64,000 bases of DNA. Source: Nemertoderma westbladi (Eukaryota; Animalia; Xenacoelomorpha). Positions 21,477 through 33,670 of this stretch are shown here, one piece after another. The position numbers and the translations under genes were made by a program. The notes beneath the pieces were generated by a model, which was given only the letters and a program-made list of their open reading frames with translations, was not told the DNA's origin and searched no databases. How positions within the stretch are numbered: position 1 is the stretch's first letter; every line of letters starts with the position of its first letter. The DNA lies in assembly GCA_032718475.1 (NCBI GenBank), contig JAUCBJ010007659.1, positions 1 to 64,000 on the forward strand, in the 5' to 3' direction.

Positions 21477-23728
21477 TGTTACGGTATATGGCGCTGTATC
21501 CACATTATTAGCCATTATGCAGTATAATATATTAGTCCGTTATACTGTACGCAATATTAGTCCGTTATACTGTACGCAATATTAGTCCGTTATACTGTAC
21601 GCAATATTAGTCCGTTGTGCAGCATAATATTTTAGATAAGGCATAATAGCGCAGTGATATTTAGATAGGGAAATCGAAACGCCCATATATTTTGAATCCA
21701 TCCATTTTGTATAGTATGTAGCCCTACCTACGTAATTTTGTATTAGGATATAGGTAGATAGTTCCAGGGTAGCAAGTTTAGTCGGACCCTGGATTTTGTG
21801 CTTGCTGTTATTAGCTTTGATAGGGCTAGATATAGGGACGCTGTCCTGGCCATTCAGCAGCCAGGGACATGATCCATTACCATATATGGTAATAATTTGA
21901 GGTTTGGGGAGCAATAGGGCTACAATCCGGCCTCCTTATTGGACTAACTGCTTCCAGGTTGGTCTAATGCTAGCGCGGACTGGAGAGCCAATAGGAGAGC
22001 GATTGAGTCACCCTATTGCATCACCCCATTCGGATCACCTATAAATTGGCGGTTTGCCGGTAGAGCTGCACACCCTTACAACCAACCTTAACCTCAGTAC
22101 CAATCTCAATCCTCTGTAGGTGTACAGTTAGAAGTATAATTTTGCGTATTTCTGCAATTTACTAAATTTTGATTAATTTCTTGAGATGATTTGCTAGTGC
22201 TATTATTCTCGATTGTGTTTCTCAATTAATCCTATCGATTACTGCTAATTACAATCGGAACTATGATTTCTACCCCTTTTGTTAATGGTTCTATGTGATT
22301 CCTTTCTACGCAATAATCCTAAGGGATTTCTGAGACTGTCAGACTTTGTGATTTTGCATGCGCCGCTACGGTAGCTATTCAATTAAATGAAGGGCTAAGG
22401 TGCCAGTAGGCGGTGGGCGCATCGGGGGGTTGGGCGACTAAGGGAGAGCGGAGGATTCAAAGGCGGGCAACGCTGGCGGGGGTCAACGTTGTGGTCGGGC
22501 AGTTTGGACTGTGAGTTGGAGACCGCTCGCCGGTACAGTAATTAGGGGGCTGATGATCCAAGGTTTTGTCTCTATTTAGTATTAGGGGGGCAGGAATTGG
22601 GTTAGTTAGGAAGCCTAGATGTACCCGGGAGGGGCCTGCATACCTCACAGTAAGTAAGTAAGTGGGTAAGTACGTAAGTAAGTTGCGAATTATATAATTG
22701 CAGATTGTATAATTGCAAATCGTGCTATTTGTGATCTGTGATTGCTGACGCTGATTGGTGTGTTACTGAAGTGTGCCTATGATTACGAATGCTTAGGTAG
22801 GCGCCCCTTTTCTTTGATTGATTTCTATTTCTTAGTTACTACAAATAATTACTGATTAGGTCAAAGTAATACGGCAATTTAGGCTATTACTAGCGAAACC
22901 TGTTGTGTAATAAATTAGAATTACGCATTCTGGAACTCTTAGTAATTAGTGCGCTGTTACATATTTGTGACTGTAATTGATTAGTAAAATTAAGAATTAG
23001 TACGCAGCATAGCGGAGAGTAGCTAAGGTAATAAATTAGAGTACCGTAAACTATTCACGCTAGGCGGTTATTTGCATTAGCGGGCAATAAACTAGATCGC
23101 AATAGTCAGTACGCAAGACATTAGTGAATTGCTGGCCTAAAGCCAGCTGCAGGCAAGTTTAGACCCGGAGTGGTATCACCCACGAAAGACATTGTACTGT
23201 ACCAATTTTGATTATTTTAAATATTCTCGCATTCACACATTCCGTTAGGGAACGCCCAGTATTCGCGGTTAGAAAAGACGTAAGCATTAGTGTACTTCAA
23301 TAAGTGGTAAAATTAGGCGTAAGAATACTCTGAGTGCAAAGCCCCTCGCACTCGTCTTAAGTAAGCTTAGGGAGCCGACTCGGGTTTATTGTTTTGGTTA
23401 TTCCCGCGTGGCTCATAGATTCGAACAGTTAGCTCTCTATCGAGCGATCGGTAGAGAAAGGAACAAGCGATTTTGCAGGAGTTGTGTAAAATTAGTAAAA
23501 TATATTAGCGGACGGCAGATTAGCGCCATCCAACGGTAAGTAGCGGTTTTGTATTTAGCAGCCTTTACAATTTAGTAATGGCACGCTCCTGATCCCCTTT
23601 ACTTAACAGTAGAGCAGTCTTTGTGTCTTATTGGTTAGGCGAGAGCTCATTAGGTTGGCAGAGAGGTATACGGGTATTTGTCTGTTCAACAGTTCTGCTG
23701 TTAGTATAGGTGTCGCGGTTGTTTATCA
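21477..23728 (+). repeat. 3' LTR (2252 bp)
   Basis: Direct copy of 4485-6736, followed by the TSD GGTTT. Confidence 0.97.
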
Positions 23729-25738
23729 GGTTTACTGTGGAAGATCACTCATGGGGGGTGAACAGGTATTCCTTTAGGAAACAGAGTGGAAGGGTTTACT
23801 GTGGAAGATCATCCATGGTGGTGAACAGGAATTCCTTTAGGAAACAGAGTGGAAGGGTTTACTGTGGAAGATCACCCATGGTGGTGAACAGGCATTCATT
23901 TAGGAAACAGAGTGGAAGGGTTTACTGTGGAAGATCATCCATGGTGGTGGACAGACATTCCTTTAGAAACATAGAGGAAGGGTTTACTGTGGAAAATCAC
24001 CCATGGTGGTGAACAGGAATTCCTTTAGGAAACCGAGTGGAAGGGTTTACTGAGGAAGATCACCAATGGTGGTGAACAGGCATTACTTTGGGAAATAGAG
24101 TGGAAGGGTTTACTGTGGAAGATCACCCATGGTGGTGAACAGGCATTACTTTGGGAAACAGAGTGGAAGGGTTTACTGTGGAAGATCACCAATAATGGTG
24201 GTGAACAGGCATTCCTTTAGGAAACAGAGTGGAAGGGTTTACTGTGGAAGATCACCAATGGTGGTGAACAGGCATTACTTTGGGAAACAGAGTGGAAGGG
24301 TTTACTGTGGAAGATCACCAATGGTGGTGAACAGGCATTACTTTGGGAAACAGAGTGGAAGGGTTTACTGTGGAAGATCACCCCTGGTGGTGGACAGGCA
24401 TTACTTTTGGAAACAGAGTTGAAGGGTTTACTGTGGAAGATCACCCCTGGTGGTGGACAGGCATTACTTTTGGAAACAGAGTTGAAGGGTTTACTGTGGA
24501 AGATCATCCATGGTGGTGGACAGACATTCCTTTAGAAACATAGAGGAAGGGTTTACTGTGGAAAATCACCCATGGTGGTGAACAGGAATTCCTTTAGGAA
24601 ACCGAGTGGAATGGTTTACTGAGGAAGATCACCAATGGTGGTGAACAGGCATTACTTTGGGAAATAGAGTGGAAGGGTTTACTGTGGAAGATCACCCATG
24701 GTGGTGAACAGGTATTCCTTTAGGAAACAGAGTGGAAGGGTTTACTGTGGAAGATCATCCATGGTGGTGAACAGGAATTCCTTTAGGAAACAGAGTGGAA
24801 GGGTTTACTGTGGAAGATCACCCATGGTGGTGAACAGGCATTCATTTAGGAAACAGAGTGGAAGGGTTTACTGTGGAAGATCATCCATGGTGGTGGACAG
24901 ACATTCCTTTAGAAACATAGAGGAAGGGTTTACTGTGGAAAATCACCCATGGTGGTGAACAGGAATTCCTTTAGGAAACCGAGTGGAAGGGTTTACTGAG
25001 GAAGATCACCAATGGTGGTGAACAGGCATTACTTTGGGAAATAGAGTGGAAGGGTTTACTGTGGAAGATCACCCATGGTGGTGAACAGGCATTACTTTGG
25101 GAAACAGAGTGGAAGGGTTTACTGTGGAAGATCACCAATAATGGTGGTGAACAGGCATTACTTTGGGAAATAGAGTGGAAGGGTTTACTGTGGAAGATCA
25201 CCCATGGTGGTGAACAGGCATTACTTTGGGAAACAGAGTGGAAGGGTTTACTGTGGAAGATCACCAATAATGGTGGTGAACAGGCATTCCTTTAGGAAAC
25301 AGAGTGGAAGGGTTTACTGTGGAAGATCACCCCTGGTGGTGGACAGGCATTACTTTTGGAAACAGAGTTGAAGGGTTTACTGTGGAAGATCACCAATAAT
25401 GGTGGTGAACAGGCATTCCTTTAGGAAACAGAGTGGAAGGGTTTACTGTGGAAGATCACCAATGGTGGTGAACAGGCATTACTTTGGGAAACAGAGTGGA
25501 AGGGTTTACTGTGGAAGATCACCAATGGTGGTGAACAGGCATTACTTTGGGAAACAGAGTGGAAGGGTTTACTGTGGAAGACCACCCCTGGTGGTGGACA
25601 GGCATTACTTTTGGAAACAGAGTTGAAGGGTTTACTGTGGAAGATCACCAATGGTGGTGAACAGGCATTACTTTGGGAAACAGAGTTGAAGGGTTTACTG
25701 TGGAAGATCACCAATGGTGGTGAACAGGCATTCCTTTG
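23729..25738 (+). repeat. 63-bp satellite, right part (about 32 units)
   Basis: The same unit continues after the 3' LTR. Confidence 0.95.
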
Positions 25739-26723
25739 GCTTAACAAGCCTAAAAGTTTCTCCCATTCAATATACTAAAATCCCACAAGGAACCAACCGA
25801 GAGGCATATTCCCCAGAAACCCAAACAAATACAATATGTGCCATGGTAAGACTCTGGGGTTACTTGTAAGAGAGGAGATCTTTGCATCTTCCAATTCAAT
25901 TTTATAATATTATTTAAATTAATTATTTTATGTGCTATAAAGTTTATATAAGCGTTTACTAGGAGGTAATACAGTATCTAACTAGTCAGTGATGTGGACG
26001 ATGACTGCTACAGTATGTTGAATTTGGTATTGTACTTTTGCCCCATACAATGATTCCATAGAAGGATTAATTAGAGAGTTAATTAAGGGATATGAAAGCG
26101 GAATATAAGGTTAGTAAGATAATTCAGTGGTGAAATAATACCGAAGGTTGAAATACCGGATAATTTCGATATTTACAGATAATTTATGCGCAATGTGTTT
26201 TCCAGCTGATTTTATTATTATATTGCCAATAATTTTGAAGCAGTTGTTTCAGTTAACGTAGCAGAATGGATTTTGATTGGATGGGTGAACTGATGCCTAG
26301 TAATATTTAAAATTATGATATATTTGGTTTCTTCAAATATAAGTTTATTTCAGCAATAATAAATATAATGTAAAGTGTGAAAACTCCATCTTCCCTTTTC
26401 TTCACAATGCAATGCGATATTCTCATTGGTTAGACATTACGGTTGGTCGAATTATACATCATTCCCTTTGTTCTTGTAGAAGTATATTAAAATGCTACAT
26501 ACTGTAAATGAAGGCAAAATATAGATTTACAATATTTACTACTGCCAATAATATAATTTACTAACAATGTTTATGTTTTAAAAGTAAATGTTCACTTCGT
26601 GAACGTTATATAATATTTAACAAAAATAATTATAGTTTTGATGTTGTTTTGCCTAAAGTGTCCCTTTACCCATATTTGGTAAAATATTATTCAATTCGGA
26701 TATACTTAATATTTTTAAACAGT

Positions 26724-28213
26724 CTAGCATGAAGTAAACACCTCGTGGTAGGTGCATGCAAGAAGTAAACACCTTGTGGTAGGTGCATGCAAGAAGTAAA
26801 CACCTCGTGGTAGGTGCTAGCAAGACGTAAACACATCGTGGTAGGTGCTAGCAATAAGTAAACACCTCGTGGTAAGTGCATGCAAGGAGTAAACACCTCG
26901 TGGTAGGTGCTAGCAAGAAGTAAACACCTCGTGGTAGGTGCTAGCAAGAAGTAAACACCTCGTGGTAGGTCCCTGCAAGAAGTAAACACCTCGTGGTAGA
27001 TGCTAGCAAGAAGTAAACACCTCGTGGTATGTGCATATAAGAAGTAAACACCTCGTGGTAGATGCTAGCAAGAAGTAAACACCTCGTGGTATGTGCATAT
27101 AAGAAGTAAACACCTCGTGGTAGGTGCTAGCAAGAAGTAAACACCTCGTGGTAGGTGCTAGCAATAAGTAAACACCTCGTGGTAGGTGCTAGCAAGAAGT
27201 AAACACCTCGTGGTAGGTCCCTGCCAGAAGTAAACACCTTGTGGTAGGTGCTAGCAAGAAGTAAACACCTCGTGGTAGGTGCTAGCAAGAAGTAAACACC
27301 TCGTGGTAGGTGCTAGCATGAAGTAAACACATCGTGGTAGGTGTTAGCAAGAAGTAAACACCTCGTGATAGGTGCTAGCAAGAAGTAAACACCTCGTGGT
27401 AGGTCCCTGCAAGAAGTAAACACCTCGTGGTAGGTGCTAGCAAGAAGTAAACACCTCGTGGTAGGTGCTAGCAAGAAGTAAACAGCTCGTAGTAGGTGTT
27501 AGCAAGAGGTAAACACCCCGAGGTAGGTGCTAGCAAGAAGTAAACACCTCGTGGTAGATGCTAGCATGAAGTAAACACCTCGTGGTAGGTGCTAGCATAA
27601 AGTAAACACTTCGTGGTAGGTGCTAGCATGAAGTAAACACCTCGTGGTAGGTGCTAGCATGAAGTAAACACATCGTGGTAGGTGCATGCAAGAAGTAAAC
27701 ATCCCGTGGTAGGTGCTAGCATAAAGTAAACACCTCGTGGTAGGTGCTAGCATGAAGTAAACACATCGTGGTAGGTGCATGCAAGAAGTAAATACATCGT
27801 GGTAGGTGCTAGCAAGAAGTAAACACCCCCCAGGTAGGTGCTAGCATGAAGTAAATACATCGTGGTAGGTGCATGCAAGAAGTAAACACCCCGTGGTAGG
27901 TGCTAGCAAGAAGTAAACACCCCGTGGTAGGTGCTAGCAAGAAGTAAAAACCTCTTGGTAGGTGCTAGCAAGAGTTAAACACCTCGTGGTAGGTGCTAGC
28001 AAGAAGTAAACACCCCGTGGTAGGTGCTAGCAAGAAGTAAACACCCCGTGGTAGGTGCTAGCAAGAAGTAAAAACTTTTTGGTAGGTGCTAGCATGAAGT
28101 AAACATCCCGTGGTAGGTGCTAGCAAGAGGTAAACACCTCGTGGTAGGTGCTAGCAAGAAGTAAACACCTCTTGGTAGGTGCTAGCAAGAAGTAAACATC
28201 CCGTGGTAGGTGC
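26724..28213 (+). repeat. 31-bp minisatellite (about 48 units)
   Basis: Unit AGAAGTAAACACCTCGTGGTAGGTGCTAGCA. Confidence 0.95.
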
Positions 28214-28440
28214 AGATTAAAAAACCGACAAATAAATAACAACTGGAGACGAGTGCATGCAGTGGTTTGCTAAAGGTTATCTGTTTCCAATGGATCTTTT
28301 TCAAGAAAACTTGCAACTTTCTCATGGGCGATTGAGCTTTATGTACGACCAATATTCTTCAGGAGTTCATGAGCAGAGGATTCCATCTGTTATTTTTAAT
28401 TATTCATTTTTATTATCATTTTGTATTGATCTGTATCGAT

Positions 28441-29124
28441 TTTGATCTGACCTGGATCATTGATCTGACCTGGGTCATAGATCTGACCTGGGTCATTGAT
28501 CTGTCCTGGGTTATTGATCTGACCTGGGTTATTGATCTGACCTGGGTCATTGATCTGACCTGGGTCATTGATCTGACCTGGGTCATTGATCTGACCTGGG
28601 TCATTGATCTGATCTGGGTCATTGATCTGACCTGGGTCATTGATCTGACCTGGGTCATTGATCTGACCTGGATCATTGATCTGAACTGGATCATTGATCT
28701 GACTTGGGTCATTGATCTGACCTGGGTCATTAATCTGACATGGGTTATTGATCTGACCGGGATCATTGATCTGACCGGGATCATTGATCTGACCTGGATC
28801 ATTGATCTGACGGTGATCTGACCTGGATCATTGATCTGACCTAGATCATTGATCTGAGCGGGATCATTGATCTGACCTGGGTCATTGATCTGACCTGGGT
28901 CATTGATCTGACCTGCTTCATTGATCTGACCTGGATCATTGATCTGACCTGGATCATTGATCTGACCTGGGTCATTGATCTGACCTGGGTAATTGATCTG
29001 ACCTGGGTCATTGATCTGACATGGGTCATTGATCTGACCTGGGTCATTGATCTTACCTGGGTCATTGATCTGACCTGGGTCATTGATCTGACCTGGGTCA
29101 TTGATTTGACCTGGGTCATTGATT
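28441..29124 (+). repeat. 18-bp minisatellite (about 38 units)
   Basis: Unit ATTGATCTGACCTGGGTC. Confidence 0.95.
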
Positions 29125-30254
29125 CAGTACTGCCACCTTCATGCATCATAAAAGAGGTGCCTTATGTGGCTGCATAGAGCCTCTTACTAAGGGCATAGAG
29201 TCTGGTAATTAGGACCCCCTTGGTCTTGTCTTATTGACCAATATACTCTGCAGCAGGCGTGTATGGCCTGACCCTGCAGATGGTAAGTAGTAGAGTGCAA
29301 TTTTTTCCCATTTCAGTGCACTCTACTGTGACCTACACCTGGTCAGTAGAGCAGGGCATTGCCCTGAAGTTCAACAAGCGACCTGGAATGCTATCGACTC
29401 ACAATCAGCGAGGCTATTTTATTCTTATTAAATAAAAACACCATATTCTAGAACATTTTATTTATCCTTCGTAGCTGGGCAACAATGAATTGCCTCATTA
29501 ATCGTACTATTACAGTAAACTTCTATAAACTATTTAATAGTCATAATAATTTCTACAATTTACCGCGGAGTAGGTTCTTGCCCTCCGGTTTCGCCTCGGG
29601 TAAACAAACATCTACTCCGCGGGTAAATAACTCGTAAGATAACCTTGGTAATATGCGTGTTATTAGCCAATTCACACTTATACTCAGATTCTAAAAAGGG
29701 TTTTGTTTGGGGGGAGAGTTCAAAAAATGGGGATTGGTTTTTTGGGGGTTGTTAAATGTTAGTTCCTAAGGTAAACGTGGAAGATATAAAGATAAGTGAG
29801 GAATGATGATCATATATATCTATATATATTCCTATAAACCTGTAATCCCATACTGATAGTATGACGGCATAAAGTAAAGCAGTACGGATGAATACATGTA
29901 CCTATCAAACCACTATACTGAATCTATCTATATCTACTAACCTAGGTAGTAACCGGTATATCCTTGGAATCCTCTCCACCTATGTACAGTATATCAGTCC
30001 CGCACAACACTATCAATCATAACCCTAACATTAAACTTGACTATAGACTAATAAACAATAATATCACAATATAATATATAAACAGTAAAATCACATATAT
30101 TATTCCCCAGGGAAAAATATATGTGATATTACCTGTATAATTCTTAACTTAACTGAATTGTTAGCGCTGCCTTGTCTATTTCTGCTTCAATACTCCGCTC
30201 GGATATTTCGCTCCTCGTGGTTCTGTAGTTATTATTCCCCGGGCAATAATAACA

Positions 30255-30587
30255 CATTCGTGGGGTCTTCGCGCAGCACGAAGTGAGCAAAGCCTTTAGC
30301 ATATGGGTACCATTAACGAGTTGTGCGCCGTTAGTCAGAAGTCTTCAACACAATACTCGTCCTCCTCTTGTTCCTCGTTGCGTTCGTTCGTTTTTGACCA
30401 AACTTGTGATTCTTTCTAAAATTTTGCCGGACTACATACGTACGAACGTACGTGTTTAATTTCACCAGGGAATAACCGAGTTATTAGCGATCAAAAATTT
30501 ACGACGACGACAGACGACGACAGAAAACTCGCCAATGGCACCCATATGCTAAGGCTTCGCTCACTTCGTGGCTCGCCCCCCACGACT
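30255..30587. mobile_element. MITE-like element with imperfect inverted ends
   Basis: CACGAAGTGAGCAAAGCCTTTAGCATATGGGTACCATT versus AATGGCACCCATATGCTAAGGCTTCGCTCACTTCGTG. Confidence 0.65.
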
Positions 30588-31184
30588 AGCAGTTCTTACA
30601 GTACTAACAAACCTGGTGCAATATCGGGGGAGACACCTTTTTAAAACGCTTGTAGCAAAATAATGAATGCGAAAATAAAAATTCTCACCCAATCACTGAG
30701 GAGGAGTTAAGTAGATCTCGATTTAAATTTTCATGCAATTTCATTAAGATTTGTAGAAAGATTTGAGGGGGGGGGGGGGGGTCCTGGTGCCTGAATAACG
30801 ACAATATATTCCGGGACATGGTGTATAATGATGGCACTTATATAAGAATGCTATTTCGGCTATATTGTGTTTAGTACATATCTCCAACCAGACCCTATTC
30901 AGCATTGTAGGTGTCTCATTGGCCTCTCCCCACGCTTGACCAATGAACAAAGCCGCCTCCTATTAGCAGGATATTGATATCGCCGTAAGGATCTTCCAGT
31001 GCCGATCTTGTACTTTGGCATCCTCATTGTGAAAAATATCCTAAGCATGGTGGACAGCCTATGACTTTCTTGAGACTGTTGATAGAGTAGACTGTAGGGT
31101 ACTGTGGAGTGTAGTAGTACTGAAGATACAGGGTTCTTCTTCCAACGGAATCATGGATTACAACTGCATTATATTTTACATAAT

Positions 31185-31295
31185 TCTACGACGGCTTGTC
31201 AACAAATTGTCCTGCAAAGTGGAGGCGGCTTGGTTGAAGTGTCAGGCTTGGGGGGACCAATGGGACACCTCCGAGGAGATGTTTAAATTGCCTTA
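31185..31295 (-). mobile_element. Internally deleted RTE-like 3' fragment
   Basis: GGCTTGTCAACAAATTGTCCTGCAAAGTGGAGGC...GTGTCAGGCTTGGGGGACCAAT matches pieces of 765-990 and 63020-63265. Confidence 0.55.
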
Positions 31296-31999
31296 CTTCC
31301 ATCATATTTGCCGACCTCATAAACCAATGTTCCAAAATATCATCAAATAGGCAATATTAATTGTGTGATTTATTTATACCTGAAATATAAAAAGTATTTC
31401 TAAATCCAATGCTACAATCCTAATTTTATTACGTTAAAATTCTTTGTGGGGAATAATTTATTCAATTTTCTAACATAAAATTGCATATTTCATCAGTTAG
31501 TTACCTTATTAAAATTGATATATAAATATATAAAACCTGGATGGGACTTCCCTTCACCAAGATATAGCAATTAATGTCCTTACAGGTCGGTGCAAATTGT
31601 ATTCATTTCCGATAAAATCACAACTTATGGCGCAATTAATTGCATCATTCCTCAGTGGGAAATCACAAATTCGCTTCTTAGTCTTCCCTAATGTAACTTT
31701 TTGTCTGGCTTGTAATATTCAAGAATTTCCTAGAAAAAAAAACGAGAATTAATGATGCGCAAAAACATTCATATATTTTTTAGGTTTAGTAACACGTTTT
31801 TCAGGATAAGGAGATAGTCTGTGAGTCCGCTCCTTTTCTATTGTTTATATTTACGACATTGTTGAATATATATCTAATGTTGTTGTTGTTGAGTTTCTTT
31901 AATCCACTAAGTGGCATAAATTTATATATATATATACTGTATGATAAAGCATAAAATTGCACTGAAGTAAAAACCGCTTACGACAGTAAAATATGGTCT

Positions 32000-33047
32000 T
32001 GGGACGTTGTGCCCGCGAGACATTAGTGCCCGCCTAGTGACTTACAGTAGTTAGTATAATATGTATTAATACAATAGGCCAGGAAGGAAGATATTTCCCG
32101 CTGCTTTAGTTCCTGCTGAGATTCAAACGAGTCGTTACTTTCTTCCAATTTCCAGTATTTAGATCCCGCATCTCGTTATTTAACATTTTAATTTCAACAT
32201 GGACCTTTTATGATTAAAAAATTTACTAACCTCAGCTAGACATGGTAGCATTTCTATTATTTGGTTTTGCTTTAGTATTTGGTTTTGGTTCTTCAAGGAA
32301 TTAGGATCAAGCAACAGCGTTTGTTTGTTTATAAATAATTTACTTTTTATTGAGTATGTTTAATTTCTTTAACTTTACTGGAGACAGTGTGTAATAAAAA
32401 AAACAAAAACAAGGTGCAGTACTACAGTATAATCGTTCGAGGACCCACTAACTCTGATTTATTATAATGAATTAATGATTTCAAGAAAAATACTCAGTCG
32501 ACTGACTGACATTTTTTCGACGAATTAAAACTAAAGTAGTACTTTTAGTTAATTAAATTAGTGAATTAATTAAATTAGTGTATGTTAATGGAGGAGGCCG
32601 TTGCCGATGACTTTGGTTGAATGGGGTATAAGTAAGAAGAAAAACAGATTGCCTTATACTAACTTCCAAATTCAGTGCGGGGTGCGGGCACTAATGACTC
32701 GCGGGAACTAACGTCTCACTTGCAGACAAGGTCCTCGGGCACTAATGACTCGCGGGCACTAACGTCTCACTTGCAGACAAGGTCCTCGGGCACTAATGAC
32801 TCGCGGGCACTAACGTCTCGCTTGGAGACATGGTTCCCGGGCACTAATGACTCGCGGGCACTAAAGTCCTGAGACATTAGTGCCCGTGGGCACTAACGTC
32901 TCGCGGGCACTAACGTCACCCAATCGGGCACTAACGTCCCCCAATCGGGCACTAACGTCCCCCAATCGTAAAATATTTAATCGCAATGGCCGCCATTATG
33001 TTTAAATATTTTACGATTGGGGGACGTTAGTGCCCGCGAGACGTTAC
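32000..33047. mobile_element. MITE/DNA-transposon-like ends with GGGCACTAACGTC subterminal repeats in inverted orientations
   Basis: TTAGTGCCCG motifs at about 32000-32032 and 33017-33047 oppose GGGCACTAA arrays at 32686-32968. A ~34-bp inverted repeat spans 32946-32979 and 33003-33035. Confidence 0.55.
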
Positions 33048-33131
33048 AGTCTACAAATCGTTATTTTTGATGCCATGCTACGTACGATACGGGCTCGAGG
33101 TCAATCTAGGCAAAACATCAGTCATAAAGTT

Positions 33132-33320
33132 CCGTAGAGGTGGGCGAGTGACTGAGTCGAGACTATAAGTTTATCTACAAGGGCCAACCTTCACCCGTAG
33201 AGGTGGGCGAGTGACTGAGTCGAGACTATAAGTTTATCTACAAGGGCCAACCTTCACCCGTAGAGGTGGGCGAGTGACTGAGTCGAGACTATAAGTTTAT
33301 CTACAAGGGCCAACCTTCAC
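33132..33320 (+). repeat. Three identical 63-bp tandem copies (sequence unrelated to the 63-bp satellite)
   Basis: CCGTAGAGGTGGGCGAGTGACTGAGTCGAG...CCTTCAC starts at 33132, 33195 and 33258. Confidence 0.92.
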
Positions 33321-33670
33321 AAAGCACATCACTATAACCGCCTACAAATCAATAACAGCTGTTCACCAAATAGGAAACCCACAACTTCTATCTCTTACAA
33401 CTGGAATTAAATTATTTAGGATAACATTTCTATTAATTATCACATACGGAATTCGACAGTTAAATGGTCTTTCCTATCAGTATCTAACCTTCAATCTATA
33501 GACAAAACTCAATCAACATATTTAAAAAGAGTTTTGGGAGTTCAAAAACAACTAAAAACGCTCATCCATGCACTCTGCGATGTAGGCCTACAGTTTGCCC
33601 GTAATTTACATAAAGGAAATGATAAACCTTCCTCCCACCGATACTTACTATTCTTACAGTAATGATATCT

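Larger units (their letters stand above)
4485..23728 (+). mobile_element. Full-length BEL/Pao-family LTR retrotransposon (19,244 bp) with an extra ORF
   Basis: Two direct repeats, 4485-6736 and 21477-23728 (offset 16992), begin TGTT and end ATCA. A 5-bp TSD GGTTT lies at 4480-4484 and 23729-23733. A single gag-pol frame has the order PR-RT-RNaseH-IN with BEL/Pao signatures (YLPHH, DIEAMFHQV, LHLFSDAS, PRAELQAA, WERLVRSVK). The flanking satellite rejoins in register across the insertion. Confidence 0.97.

Noticed and set aside
26724-28213. CRISPR-like appearance of the 31-bp and 36-bp hairpin repeats
   Set aside because: The units are head-to-tail with no unique spacers, there are no cas genes, and the context is eukaryotic.
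28369-29149. IDLTWV-repeat ORF resembling a beta-solenoid or ice-binding protein
   Set aside because: It is an 18-bp minisatellite open on both strands, with no supportable gene structure.
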